Of a stretch of DNA of 64,000 bases, positions 24,626 to 37,200 are shown piece by piece. The notes under the pieces are model-generated. The model searched no databases. It had not been told where the DNA came from and saw nothing but the letters and a program-made list of their open reading frames with translations. This stretch comes from Eledone cirrhosa (Eukaryota). Each line of letters starts with the position of its first letter. Position 1 is the stretch's first letter. Position numbers and translations under genes: made by a program. The stretch spans positions 33,542,001 to 33,606,000 of the forward strand of contig OZ024742.1 in assembly GCA_964016885.1 (NCBI GenBank), read 5' to 3'.

Positions 24626-25957
24626 TATATAATTTAGTCATCACTTTAGTTAATATTAGGGAAAATGCAACAGCTTTTCACATAGTATTTAAAGAAAGGC
24701 AAATTGACTATTTATTGCAGAGTGATTAATTCATATTTTTTTAAAATTTAGTTTGCAGTTTATCCTTTTTACCCTGCAAGAGGTTTTCATCTGAATAAAA
24801 AAAATGTATATTAGCAAAACTATTAACATCCTAATGAGGTTTTGGCTCTCTCTCTCTCTCTCTCGCTCTCGCTCTGTGGAAAGTGGCGACAGCAGTAGTG
24901 GCAGTAATTGTAAAGTGTTGAGATCATTAAGAATCCCATTACCTTTCATTGTTTTAAATGAAATTGTTGTGTGTCAGCTGTTTTTCCTGTGGTAGTTAAA
25001 GTAATAGACATAATAATAATTGTTTTTACTTTTGGCACAAGGCCAGCAATTATCCCAGTGTATTACTGGTACTTTATTTTATCGACCCGGTAAGGATGAA
25101 AGGCAAAGTTAACCTCGGCGGGATTTGAACTCAGACCATAAAGGGCTGTAACTCAATGCTGCAAAGCATGGTGCCCAACCCTCTACTGATACTGCCACCC
25201 CACTACCCTTATATTGTTAATAGGAAAGAAGGAAAGACAGACACATACAAATGAGCAAAAACATGTTAGATATGAAAGTATTACAACCACGTAAAAATAT
25301 TCCCTACTTGTATGAATTTACACTGATCTACACTGCATGGTTACAATTGAATTCATAATTGTTTTACTCTTTCCTTGTTATTAACCTGTTGACTGCCATG
25401 TATATTTTACACAGCTACAGTTGCTGTGACGGTTTTTTTTTCAGTAAAATGACTATTTTTTTTTAACAAACATTTCTTAACAACACATATCTGAATGATT
25501 GACAAACGTCACATCAATAAACTAGTAACCCCATCTAGCTTTGAAGTTATGAACTGTTGGAAACAAGTTCAAACCTGTTAGAATGAGTTATCTCATCTAC
25601 GGCACTGAAGAGGTTAAATTCTTGGACTGTAGTGGAATTGTAGTATCAGTAGAACACCGAACAAAATGCATTCCTGTATTTAGTTATGACTTTCTATGTT
25701 TTGAGTTCAAATCCCACCAAGGCCAGCTTTGCCTTTCAGTCCTCCAGGTCCAATAAAATAAAGTGTTAAGTATTGGGGTTGATATAATTGATTTTTTTTT
25801 CCCCTACCTTGTGCCAATGTTAGAAAGAGCTATTACCTTTGGTCAGAGTAGATTCAGTAAACTTAGGATCTCAATGTTCCAGCTATGATATTGCTATCTT
25901 TTGACTTCAACCATATCTAGGACTTTGTTATCAATTTTGCATTTTTTTTTGTTTAAA

Positions 25958-26176
25958 CCCTTTAACATTTACATTGCTCTATATTTACTATTGTATTTTC
26001 ACTGTAAACACTCTATCTTACATAATTATCTCGCATGATATCAAATCTACATGATTTTGATATTATTTATTTTGAGAACAATACCTTAACATCAGTATGA
26101 GCAGCCAGTTAGTCGGTTTGAACAGAAAGAGGTGAAAGAATTCTGGCCGGATATGGTCAGTTTAAATGCTAAAGGG
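25958..26176 (-). mobile_element. piggyBac-type MITE (other copies 42369-42577 and 43672-43893 on +)
   Basis: CCCTTTA...TAAAGGG termini; intact TTAA on both sides at 43668/43894. Confidence 0.8.
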
Positions 26177-26375
26177 TTAAGACAATAGTGTGATTTGAGG
26201 GAGATTTGATTTCTATTTCTAGCAGGTCATGTGACCACACAGAAGCTCTCTTGTTTGTTATTATAATGGTTATTATAATTGTACAATTAACTAAATAAAA
26301 TGTTTGTTATCGTGGCTACTAAACACTGTTTCTACCATAATTATCCTCACTCTTTCTTTATCATCATTCTATTAG

Positions 26376-26450
26376 GGACTTCGAACAACATCTGGTTTAG
26401 CTTGCAAGCTGTTGGAACCACCTTTTACAGATGATTCTAATTTTGTTAAG
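26376..26450 (+). CDS. FAAH: FAAH coding exon 5
   Basis: GLRTTSGLACKLLEPPFTDDSNFVK; 75 nt; donor GTATGT. Confidence 0.9.
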
Positions 26451-26996
26451 GTATGTATTATTTTATACTGGAGAAATGTTTCAGTCATTGTCATAATATT
26501 AGGACAGCTGGTAGTAAATAGTGAAGGTATACCTCTTTTGATACCAGCCACCCTGAGATTGCCTCTAGTTCTATAGTGGTATAAAGTGTTTATCTTTAAA
26601 TTAAAACTTTCCATTATAATTTTAATCAAGAATTTTATGTTTTTGCATAAAATCATGAAATGTTTTAAACACCAAATTAATAACAGATACTGGTTCTATA
26701 ATCATCCCCATCATCATTTTATATTCGCTTTACATGGAACAACAATCTGTCCAACAGGTTGTTATGATCAGAGACTAGATGGATCGCAGAGACCTTGTCT
26801 TACTCATAAATTTCATATTTGGCCTGCTTTCTATGGCTGGATGCACTTCCTAAAACCAATCACTGAGTATATTTATCATGACACCAGCATTACCAGTTCA
26901 CAGAGAGTGTAATGAATATATCCAGAAAAAACAAACATTAGATTTCTATGACTCATACAATTCAATTAATGTTGAATATGTAAATTTCTATTTCAG

Positions 26997-27058
26997 TGTC
27001 TGAAAGAACTTGGTGCTATTCCATTTGTCACAACAAATGTACCACAAACTTTAATGAC
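26997..27058 (+). CDS. FAAH: FAAH coding exon 6
   Basis: CLKELGAIPFVTTNVPQTLM; GAIPFV.TNVPQ motif; 62 nt, ends phase 2. Confidence 0.95.
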
Positions 27059-27246
27059 GTGAGTTTTCAGTTTCTTAGTGATATTATCCTCCTCTTTCCA
27101 ATCTTCAGTCTTCTACTGACACCCCCACAGCTTGTGACAAACTTCTTTTACTGAAGCCAATGAGTGAGCCTCTATGTTGTCACTGGACCTGCTAGAAATA
27201 GCAACCCAATCTCCACCTTACTGTTTTATATAACAAAGGACACCAT

Positions 27247-27590
27247 TGGCTACCCACAGGTATGAGCCTCATGAGCTGGAATGGCTCTTCCAGTGTGTCT
27301 CCCTCACCGTCCTCCGGGGAAACACCTTCTCTATTCTATCCACCAGAGCCATAGGGTGGCCAGCATATGGGCCCCCATTTGCTCATAATAGTGAGAGATG
27401 GAGAGAGCGTGAGAGATGAAGGCAGTGATGATGGGAGTTTGGTTCCTTTGTGTTCAGACCTGGTGTATATGTATATGTTTCACAGACACACACTGAGACA
27501 GTATAGTTATAAACAAATTAAAGCCAAACGTACAAATCTCATTTCATTTAATGTTTTTATTCTATGTCCTAGTTTACCATACAATAGAAC
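27247..27590 (+). mobile_element. 5'-truncated CRE-like non-LTR retrotransposon 3' end
   Basis: WLFQCVSLTVLRGNTFSIL resembles the CRE-clade C-terminal QRLSxAxQRGNA motif; AACAAAGGA on both flanks. Confidence 0.4.
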
Positions 27591-28663
27591 AAAGGATACA
27601 ATGAAACAATGTCGGCCATGATATGGGATGGTCATAACTAGAAAGCCTCAGATGATATGTTTGCATCAATAAGGATGATATAGAGCTAAACAACTCATTT
27701 TTCTTTTCAATATAAATTAGTCAAAGAAGAAGATGCAATGCTTATATGTTATCTAGGCGTTTAACCATAGTGAAACTTGATTTAGTAAACCTTTGGAAAA
27801 ATAAATATCAGTCATGACCCCCCCCCCCCCACGCACACACACGCACACTATCTTTTTACATTCGCTGATGTTATACAAAATATGTACAATTGTAAAGACA
27901 TGAGAGCAAAAAAAAACAAAAACAGTATAAATAATGCAAATAGTACAACTAAAACTAAGAATAATACACAGATCAGCACCATTGCTACTACACTGATATC
28001 ATCATTATCATCGTTTAACGTCTATCTTCCACGCTAGCATGGACAATGTAGAAGAATGTTTTCTGGCATGCAGAGCAGCAGGTGCATACCACCTCATGGT
28101 CCCACCAGACAGAATAGACAAAGCGTTACTACAGAGGACTACTTTTTAAAATGGTGGAGCTTTATTTAAGAGAGACTTATTTCTAGTTTTTGCATGTTGA
28201 CCTTGTTCAATATCTGATATTTAGAGTCATTAAGATGTCGTATAGAATGCTTTACGGTATTCGTCCCACTTCATTGTGTACTTTGAGTTCAAATCCCGCC
28301 ATGGTCAACTTTGCCTTTCATCCTTTGGAGGTCGATAAAAAGTACCAGTCCAGTACTGGGGTTGATTCTTCCTCTATAGAAAAAAACCGCTGTGTTCAGA
28401 CCTGGAGAGGGTTGGGCTCCACCAGGTTTAAAAATACCCTAGACATGCTGTATGACGGTGCCTCTACGACACCACAAGGAGTTATGGGATCTTTATCCTT
28501 ATCTTATATTTGTCTGAGATAATGGAGGATTAAAATTTGATAGTTTATCTTTCGATTCTTCCCAATATTTTTTTCCAGCCATAAATAATTATGCTTTTAT
28601 GTCTTTTTTGAATAACATTCATGGCCTCATTTTATGTTTCATGTTTTTATATTTTGTGTTCAG

Positions 28664-28870
28664 TATCGCATGTGATAATAATATATATGGACAAACTACA
28701 AACCCACTTAATTCTGACCGATGTCCTGGTGGTTCCAGTGGAGGTGAAGGAGCTCTCATAGGTTACGGTGGATCAATTTTGGGAATAGGAACTGATATGG
28801 GTGGTAGCATTCGCTGTCCATCCCATTTTTGCGGCATTTATGGATTTAAAACAACGATTACTCGCCTGGG
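28664..28870 (+). CDS. FAAH: FAAH coding exon 7 (amidase signature, both catalytic serines)
   Basis: NNIYGQTTNP...PGGSSGGEGALIG...GIGTDMGGSIRCPSHFCGIYGFK; 207 nt. Confidence 0.98.
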
Positions 28871-29898
28871 GTAAGTCAATAAATGTTTTCCACAATTAAG
28901 GTTAGCACTCTGGACTCCCCTTACAATATTTCTTAAAATTAATTTGTACACTGTTATTTCTGATTCCTGTAACCCTAAATTTGATGTTGATCAGATATAT
29001 CTGTGATCTAATGCATTCCTTTCATGACCATCCTGTCGTTTTGTTTACCTGGGGCTATGTTATTTAAAGTACCCTTCATTTTTAAAGATGGTAGGGTGTC
29101 ATTTGAAGGAGAAATGGCTGCAGTTTCTAACAAATCAAACTCTACTGGCTTCACCCATATGATGCCAACCTGACCAAAACTGCCGCTTATTTAATGAAAC
29201 AAAACTATTCACTTTAAAAAATTCCTATTTAAACTAAAACCTTCCAGCATAATTTGATATAAGAAATGTTTGTTACAAATATCATATTAATAATTGTTTC
29301 TACTTTAGACGTTAAGCCAGCAATTTGAAGGGAAGTGGGAAAGTTGATTAAATTGCTCCCAGTATTTACTGGTACTTTATTTTATGAAGATGAAAGGCAA
29401 AGCTAACCTTGGGATTTGAACAATAAAATGAAATAATTAATAATTTTAGTAAATCTCTTCAAATTCACCATTAATTAATTCAAATGCCATTTATTTCATT
29501 GTAAATTTAATTGTTTCTACTTTTGGCACAAGGCCAGCAATTACCCAGTACATTACCGGTACTTTATTTTATCGACCCCTTAAGGATGAAAGGCAAAGTG
29601 AACCTCGGTGGGATTTGAACTCAGACTGTAAAGGGGCGTAATTCTATGCTGCAAAGCATGGCGTCTGACCTACCGATACTGCCAATCCTCTGCCCATTGT
29701 AAATATGATAACGAAAGGTTTAAGGAAGTAAAGATACATTGGATAATATAGATCTAGATACTCTAAAAGAATGAATGGTCATGGCTGGAATGTTTTTAAT
29801 CATAGTTCTCCTGATTCAGAGTTGAGTTGAACTAAACAACAATAACTGGGAATTAATCCTTTAACATTTAAACCGGCCATATCTGGCCAGAATTCTGC

Positions 29899-30285
29899 TG
29901 CCAATAAAAACACACGCACCTGTTTATATTCACTTCAATTTATTATAAATTTCTGGTTGGTTTATTCAATAACTGGATGGTTGTTTATTGTCAAAGCTTT
30001 TTCGTCACACATCCTGTGACCTCAGTGACTGATTTCTTATTTTGTGTCTCTCCTTTGTTCTGTCTTACACCATCTTCTTTTTGCACACAACATACAAAAA
30101 CAAGATGGTGTAGGACAGAACATAGCAGAGACACAAAATAAGATATCAGTCACTGAGGAGGTCACGAAATGTGTGACGAAAGAACTTTGACAATATATAA
30201 ACAACCATCCAGTTATTGAACCAACCATTGGAAATTTATAATAAATTGAAGTGAAAACCACCAGGTACGTGTGTTTTTATTGGCA
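29899..30285. repeat. Long fold-back palindrome (~185-bp arms, ~11-nt loop)
   Basis: TGCCAATAAAAACACACG...CGTGTGTTTTTATTGGCA with continuous imperfect complementarity to the centre at ~30088. Confidence 0.9.
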
Positions 30286-30346
30286 ACATGACTCTCCCAA
30301 GTATAGCAATAATTTTAATATATTTCCTTTTTAACTCCAATTGTAG

Positions 30347-30387
30347 GACAGGGTGTTCAGTTAATGCAGTGAAAGATCAAATACTCA
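30347..30387 (+). CDS. FAAH: FAAH coding exon 8 (41-nt microexon)
   Basis: TGCSVNAVKDQIL; phase 2/1 fits both neighbours; TTGTAG acceptor, GTAAGA donor. Confidence 0.85.
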
Positions 30388-31249
30388 GTAAGAATTATAT
30401 TAGTTTTCCTTCTCATACTTTTATAAACGTAAGGTTGGTGATATAAACCAATGTGGGTACACATATGCAGTTGCTTGATTTACTAGAAATAGCAGACAAA
30501 TCTCCATTAATCCTTCTGAATCCAGTCCAGCCACTCATTTTCTATTTCAACTAAAATCATCTAACATAAATTTGATATAAGTACTATAAGTTAAGTTACT
30601 ATCTTAGTAATGAAGTAATTAATGGTTTCTTATATAGGCACAAGGCCAGCAATTTGGAGGGTGGGGTGGGGTGAAAGGGGATTAAATCGACCCCAGTATG
30701 TTACTGGTACATTATTTTATCGACCCCGTAAGGATGAAAGGCAAAGTTAACCTTGGCAGGATTTGAACTCAGACTGTAAAGGAACGTAACTCTATGCTGC
30801 AAAGCATGGTGTCCGATGCTCTACCGATATTGCAAATCTACCACCTTTGTAATGTGGTAATTAATAAAAAGAGTATTTCATTAGAAATACAGTCATATAA
30901 GGGTGGTTGCTGCTGCTGCTAGATGATATTCACCAAATATCATTCACAAGCAATTGGTTACCTTGATGGTAGAAAGAAAGGTAACCACATTGGTGTGTAG
31001 TGGGATTGAAACCTGAGCCACATTATAACAAAGTGAAATTCTTAACCACACAATCATGTCTTTTATAACAATTCTGTTATTAATTATTAACACCATGTAA
31101 TGATTTAGCAGAAAATATCTAAAACAGATTTGGTAATTCAAATGCTAATAGTGTCTTTTCTAGTAGACAGATCATTATGAAAATTTGCAGTATTAAAGAA
31201 TTTAATTTTTAATGGGATGCAGTCATAGTTTTATGCTTTTCAATTGCAG

Positions 31250-31374
31250 TTGAGAATTCCATTGGTCCGTTGGCTCAGACATCTGATGGTCTGATTATTA
31301 CAGCCAAAGCACTGTTTTCCCAGGAAGTATTTGAAATGGATCCCAAAATATCACCTATACAATTCCAGAATCAT
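31250..31374 (+). CDS. FAAH: FAAH coding exon 9
   Basis: ENSIGPLAQTSDGLIITAKALFSQEVFEMDPKISPIQFQNH; GPLA and DP..P motifs; 125 nt. Confidence 0.93.
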
Positions 31375-31414
31375 GTAAGGAATTGTTTATATTAATCTGT
31401 ATAATAAGTGCTAA

Positions 31415-34400
31415 CAAGCTTTTCTGGGTGGGAAATGACAATGGGCTGGGTGGGGTAGGAATCATGTTAGCAGAAAAATGGGTGGATAAGATAATAGACG
31501 TAAATAGAGTGAACGACAGAATAATTAAAATAAGACTTGTTCTAAATAGAACTACTGTGACAGTAATATCTGCGTACGCACCCCAATCCGGACTGCCTGG
31601 CACTATAAAAGACAGATTCTATGAGACACTGATGCTCACTACCTCCCAAATAACCGACAGTGACTATATAATTATTGCTGGCGACCTAAATGGTCACGTT
31701 GGACAACATTGTGATGGCTATGACGGAATCCATGGAGGCTATGGGTTTGGTACTAGAAATAAGGAAGGCTCCAGAATCCTGGAATTCTGTGACGCAAATA
31801 ACCTAACTATCTGTAACACTAATTTCAAAAAATGAGACAATCACTTGATCACCTATAGATCAGGAGAACAAACCACCCAGGTAGATTATATCCTTACCAG
31901 AAGACGTGACAGAGTGTCTGTTGTAAACACTAAATCCCTCCCCCATGAATGCACCTCTCAACATAGACTCATAATTAGCGACCTCATAGTCAGGATGAGA
32001 CATACTCAACAACAGAAGAGGACTATCCTCAGGAGAAAAATATGGAAGCTAAAGGACCCCACAGTCAGTAATAAATTTAAAAGCATATTACTTGATGCTT
32101 TCGACAATAAGGAAGAGCAATTAGAGGAACAGTGGGAATTCCTGAAGCGGCAGATGAAGTCTGTGGCTGGAGCAGGCCTATAGACAGGAGGAAAGTAACG
32201 TGGTGGTGGAACAGTAAGGTGGAGGAGTCAATTAAGGCCAAAAAGCAGGCTTGGAAAGTATGGCGGGATGGGGGAAGTAGAGAAGACTATCAATTGGTCA
32301 GGAGGGAAGCTAGGAGACAAGTGTACTTCGCAAGAAGGGAAACAGAGGAAATAAAGTTCAAGCATGCTCTACAACGGGAGGACCAAAAACGTGAGGTGTT
32401 CAGGATTGCTAGGCAATGTGTCAAGGAAAACCGTGATATTGTCGGGGAGAAGTGTGTCCTTAATGATGATGGTGTACTTGCCATCACTGACGCTGATAAG
32501 AAGGTAGCTTGGAAGTGTCACTACGAAAGGCTACTAAATGAGGAGAATAAATGGGAGAAAGACAGTCTGCCCCACATCGACCCAATAGAGGGACCAGCAG
32601 TGTTAGTCAAAGGTAGTATAATAAGTAAGGCAATCAAAGATATGAAGACGGGTAAGGCGGCTGGGCCTTCGGAAATAGTTGCTGAAATGCTGAAAGCTTC
32701 TGGAACGGTGGGACACACTATGGTCACCCGGATAGTAAACCAAGTCATACAGAATGGGGCTGTTCCGAAGGACTGGCGTAGCAGCATCATCATTAACTTC
32801 TACAAGGGTAAAGGAGATGCCATAGATAGGGGTAACTATAGAGGCATTAAATTAATCGACCAGGTCATGAAGGTCACGGAAAAAGTAATAGCGCAACTAA
32901 TCAGAGAGTGTATTGATCTAGATGAAATGCAGTTCGGGTTTGTGTAAGGTAAAAGTACCACAGACGCTCTTTTCATTGTACGACAACTACAGGAGAAGTA
33001 CCTAGCTAAAAGTAAACCCCTGTACTTAGCTTTTGTCGACTTGGAGAAAGCCTTTGACAGAGTCCCCCGTTCCATTATCTGGTGGGCTCTTAGAAAACTA
33101 GATGTTGATGAATGGCTTGTGAGAGCTATACAAACCATGTATAAAGAAACAGTCAGCAAGGTTAGAATTAACAACGAATATAGTGAAGAGTTTAGCACAA
33201 AAGTTGGTGTTCATCAGGGCTCTGTTCTTAGCCCCCTACTATTTATTATTGCCCTTCAGGCTATAACAGAGGAGTTCAAGACCGGCTGCCCATGGGAACT
33301 CCTATATGCAGATGATCTAACGCTCATAGCTGAATCAATGGCTGAACTAGAGAAGAAATTCCAAACATGGAAGCATGGCCTAGAATCAAAAGGCCTTAAA
33401 ATTAACCTGTCTAAGACTAAAGTTCTAGTTTGTAGGAAGGAAAATAGGGCACCGGTCCCATCCGGGAAATGGCCATGCTCAGTGTGTAGGAAAGGAGTAG
33501 GCAGAAACTCCATTTTATGTCCCAAATGCAAAGTATGGGTGCATAAAAGATGTAGTGGGATCACAGGTAAGCTAACTAAGAATATAGATTTTATATGTGG
33601 CCGGTGCTCTGGTGCAATAAGTAGCAGCAAGTGCCCACAGAATACTAGCTCATTCCATTGCACAGATGGTTCTTATAGAAATAGTGGACACCTTCCGTTA
33701 CTTGGGTGACAAAATCAGCAGTGGTGGAGGGTGCTCTGAAAGTACAGTAGCTAGAGTCAGAACGGGATGGAAAAAGTTCAGAGAGCTTATACCACTATTA
33801 GCCGCTAAAGGGTTCTCTCTAAAAATGAAAGGCAGGCTGTATGATGCCTGCATACGAACAGCAATGTTACATGGCAGTGAGACCTGGGCATTGAGTGCAG
33901 AGGATATACGCAGACTGGAGAGGAACGAAGCTTGCATGCTCCGTTGGATGTGTAATAGTAATATACGTGAATGGCAAAGCATAAACGAACTAAGGGAAAA
34001 TTAGGAATAAGAGGGATCAGATGTTGTTTACTTGAGAGAAGACTACGTTGGTACGGTCACGTGATGTGCATGAAAGACGACAGCTGTATAAAAAAGTGCA
34101 GGGCAATAAAAATAGACGGTAGCCACGGAGTAGGCAGACCCAGAAAAACATGGGACAACTTGATAAATTCCGACCTCACATACTTACATCTCTCCAAGAC
34201 AATGTCACTGGACCGAGATCTTTGGTGCTACACAGTAATACAGAAGACCCGCCTTACCTAAGTACAAAGTGAAACCTACAGTCAGTAGGCACCTCTAACA
34301 AAATACACCCCGTTCCACTACCCCCACCCCATCTGCACCACCCCTTTCAATGTAAAGTTATGTTGGTACCACAACATCCAGTCCGAAACAAATGAGTTGT

Positions 34401-34646
34401 GTAGGTGTCACGACAAAAAAAACACACAGTCCACGCTGTAATGTGGCCGTGTAGGTAACACGGTAAAAACCTCCCAGTCCACACTGTAAACGTGGTTGGT
34501 GTTAGGAAGGGCATCCAGCCATAGAAAACCCGCCAGACAGTCTTATGCGAGCAAGACAACCACTCTTGCCTCAAGTGGGTAAACTCCCGTCTAACCCATG
34601 CAAGCGTGGAAGATGGACGTTAAACGATGATGATGATGATGATGAT
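31415..34646 (+). mobile_element. 5'-truncated RTE-clade LINE with internal PHD finger, intronic and in sense orientation
   Basis: APE and RT motifs homologous to 11500-15494; stops at 31833 and 32945, frameshifts near 32140, 33670 and 34000; (GAT)n tail. Confidence 0.95.
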
Positions 34647-34649
34647 TTA

Positions 34650-36170
34650 TCTTCTTTGCCCACTTATTCTTGAGAGAGTCATGAGGGAAGATTCTCAAAT
34701 GCATATTTCAGCGGGTCCTGTCAGAAGCAACCATTTCGAAGTGAGAAAGCTGTGCTCTTGAATGTTATCCAACCATCTTGATCAGAGTCTAGCCCTGTGT
34801 CTCCTGCTGGATGGTTTTGCTTATGAAATCTGTGCAATGTTTCTTTCCAGAGACATTCTAATCACATCCGATAGTATCAGAGCTGTGATCTCTCAATTCG
34901 GAGAAGTTTCGGCTCTACCAGGAGTGACTCTCTCATCTCCGAGCTATGTACTCTATCGAGTAACATTACTCCAAAGACCCTTTGGAGGACCACATTTCGA
35001 CCACTTGTATTCACAATCGTATGCTTTCAGTCATTTCCCAAAATTCATCACTGTAGTTAAGGGTTGATACAAATACGGAAGTTGAAGACAGTGAGTTTGG
35101 CTTTTATACCTACCTCCTTTCTTATGATTACTGAGTTGAAGCTGGCGCATTACTGCACCAGCTCCTGCAATACATGTACTTAATTAAGCCTCCTGCCTTC
35201 CATCACTCATGAACTGAGACCCGAGATACTTGAACTTCTCCACTTGCTTCAGTGGAACTTCATTCACATATAGAGTGCACTACACAGGCTTCTTTGAGAG
35301 GACAAGTGTCTCAGTTTTCGAATCTCTAATTTTCATTCCAGCCATGCAGCACTAAACTTATCAAGTGCAAGTCGGAGATCACCTTCTGTCAAGTTATGTT
35401 ATACCATGTTGTCTGAAAATTTCAGCCAACTGATTCTACAGCTGCCAGTCATGATACCACCTCTTACCCGACTGCTCATGTCAATCCTGTTCATGTACAT
35501 AATAAACTGAAGAGTTGACAGTACACACCCTTGGTGGAGTCCGACTCCCATATTGAATAGTTTTGATTTATCACCATTTATCCAAACACAAATACTTTGG
35601 CATTCATATAAAGACATCAGTGCAGCAAGTAGCTGACCATCAATCCCATATTCCTACAGAACCCTGTCTAGGGTTCTCCTCTCTTCAGAGAAGTGCATCC
35701 TCACAAGGTTGAGAGAATACTTTGCTGATCACAACAGCATCTTCTGATGTACACAAGGTGCATCTGGGAGTGATGACTAATTTCTCGGAGGCTGAGGTCA
35801 CAAGAGCAATTAAAGAGTTCAAATGTGGCAAGGCCGTTGGGGAGGATAAAAATCGGTCTGAGATGTTAAAAACCTAAGAGAAGGTATTCTCTGGGCTGAC
35901 TCATTTGTGCTAGGTGGCTTGGATCTCTGGAAAGGCACCTAAACAATGGCAATCAGGAGTGATAATCCCAATTTTCAGAAAGGGAGTTAAGAGAGATTAC
36001 TCTAATTATAGAGGGATCTCCTTGTTAAGCCTTCCTGGTAAAGTCTATGCTAAGTGTCTGTCAAAGAGATGTAGGGATATTGTCGAGTCCAAGCTAGCAG
36101 ATGAAGTGTGGTTTTTGCCCTGGGCGGAGCACAGTTGGCCAAATATTCACACTGCAGCAGGTCTTTGAGA
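34650..36170 (-). mobile_element. Older RTE LINE (second family) with an inverted 5' segment
   Basis: 34650-35668 is minus-strand RT (GLHQGCVLS, KFSDNMV); 35670-36170 is plus-strand upstream RT (NYRGISLLSLPGKVYAK). Confidence 0.75.
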
Positions 36171-36529
36171 AATTGGAGTAACATTTATCTGTTTGAAAAA
36201 ATTTTTCAACAAATTTTCGCAAAATTTGAATAAACCATGAATAAAAAATTCTGATTTTAAGCTTCTCCTGGAGTAAACAGGATGAATTTCAGAAAGGCGA
36301 TGTAAAAAGACTGAGCGTTCTAATGGAAGGAGAATTGAGTAGTTAAGGAAGAATGTGCTAAATTCTATTTTCATTTTCTGAAATGATAAAATAGAACATT
36401 TTTGTTCTAAATTCGGACATGATTATCCCCCCCACCACACACACACACACACACTCTTTCCTCATTCCTCACTTTGTATTTGATTGTGTTGAATGAATAG
36501 TAATAAATTCATATTTCTATTAATTTCAG

Positions 36530-36655
36530 TTGTTTGAAGGCAAGAAAAAACTGAGGATTGGATATTATTTGACTGATAATATGGTTGATACTACCCCAGC
36601 TTGCCGTCGAGCAGTACTTGAGGCAAAGAAAGCATTGGAAGCCAAAGGACATACA
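36530..36655 (+). CDS. FAAH: FAAH coding exon 10
   Basis: LFEGKKKLRIGYYLTDNMVDTTPACRRAVLEAKKALEAKGHT; LRIGYY motif; 126 nt. Confidence 0.95.
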
Positions 36656-36689
36656 GTAAAAATTATTATTATTATCTTTATTATTATCA

Positions 36690-37200
36690 CTAGCAGAAAA
36701 ACCACTGGAAGGGTGGTTTTCTGCTAGAATGTGTAGTGTGTATATTGATATGCACAAATATATATGCATGTAGATATGATACATCAAATGAAATTGTAAT
36801 TGACAATATACACAGAAATTGAAGAGTGATTGTGTTACACACTCTTCTGTAATCAGTAACGTAATCCATGGTACATTTAAAAAAGATATTATATATAAAC
36901 TGCATTACAGTAAAATGTTATGAAAACTGAAAAGGAGAGAATTAGCGACGGAAATATAAACGTTATGATATAACAATGCAAATATATGAATGTTAATATA
37001 AACGATATGATATAGCATACAGCAAAGTGTTATGGTATAATGGACTCTAACTGGAAGTGTTGACATTTGAAAATTTTAAAAGTGAATCTTAAAATAAGCA
37101 ATACATTATATATAAGAATTTAATCAACAGCTACGAAATTTAGTACATAAATTATATAATATTCATTCATGTTTTATTCAAAGTAATCCAACTTATTTTA
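36690..37200 (-). mobile_element. Non-autonomous rolling-circle-like element (Helitron/Helentron?); second copy at 40094-40803
   Basis: Terminal hairpin CTAGCAGAAAAACCAC...GTGGTTTTCTGCTAG ending CTAG|T on the minus strand; two collinear copies. Confidence 0.5.
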
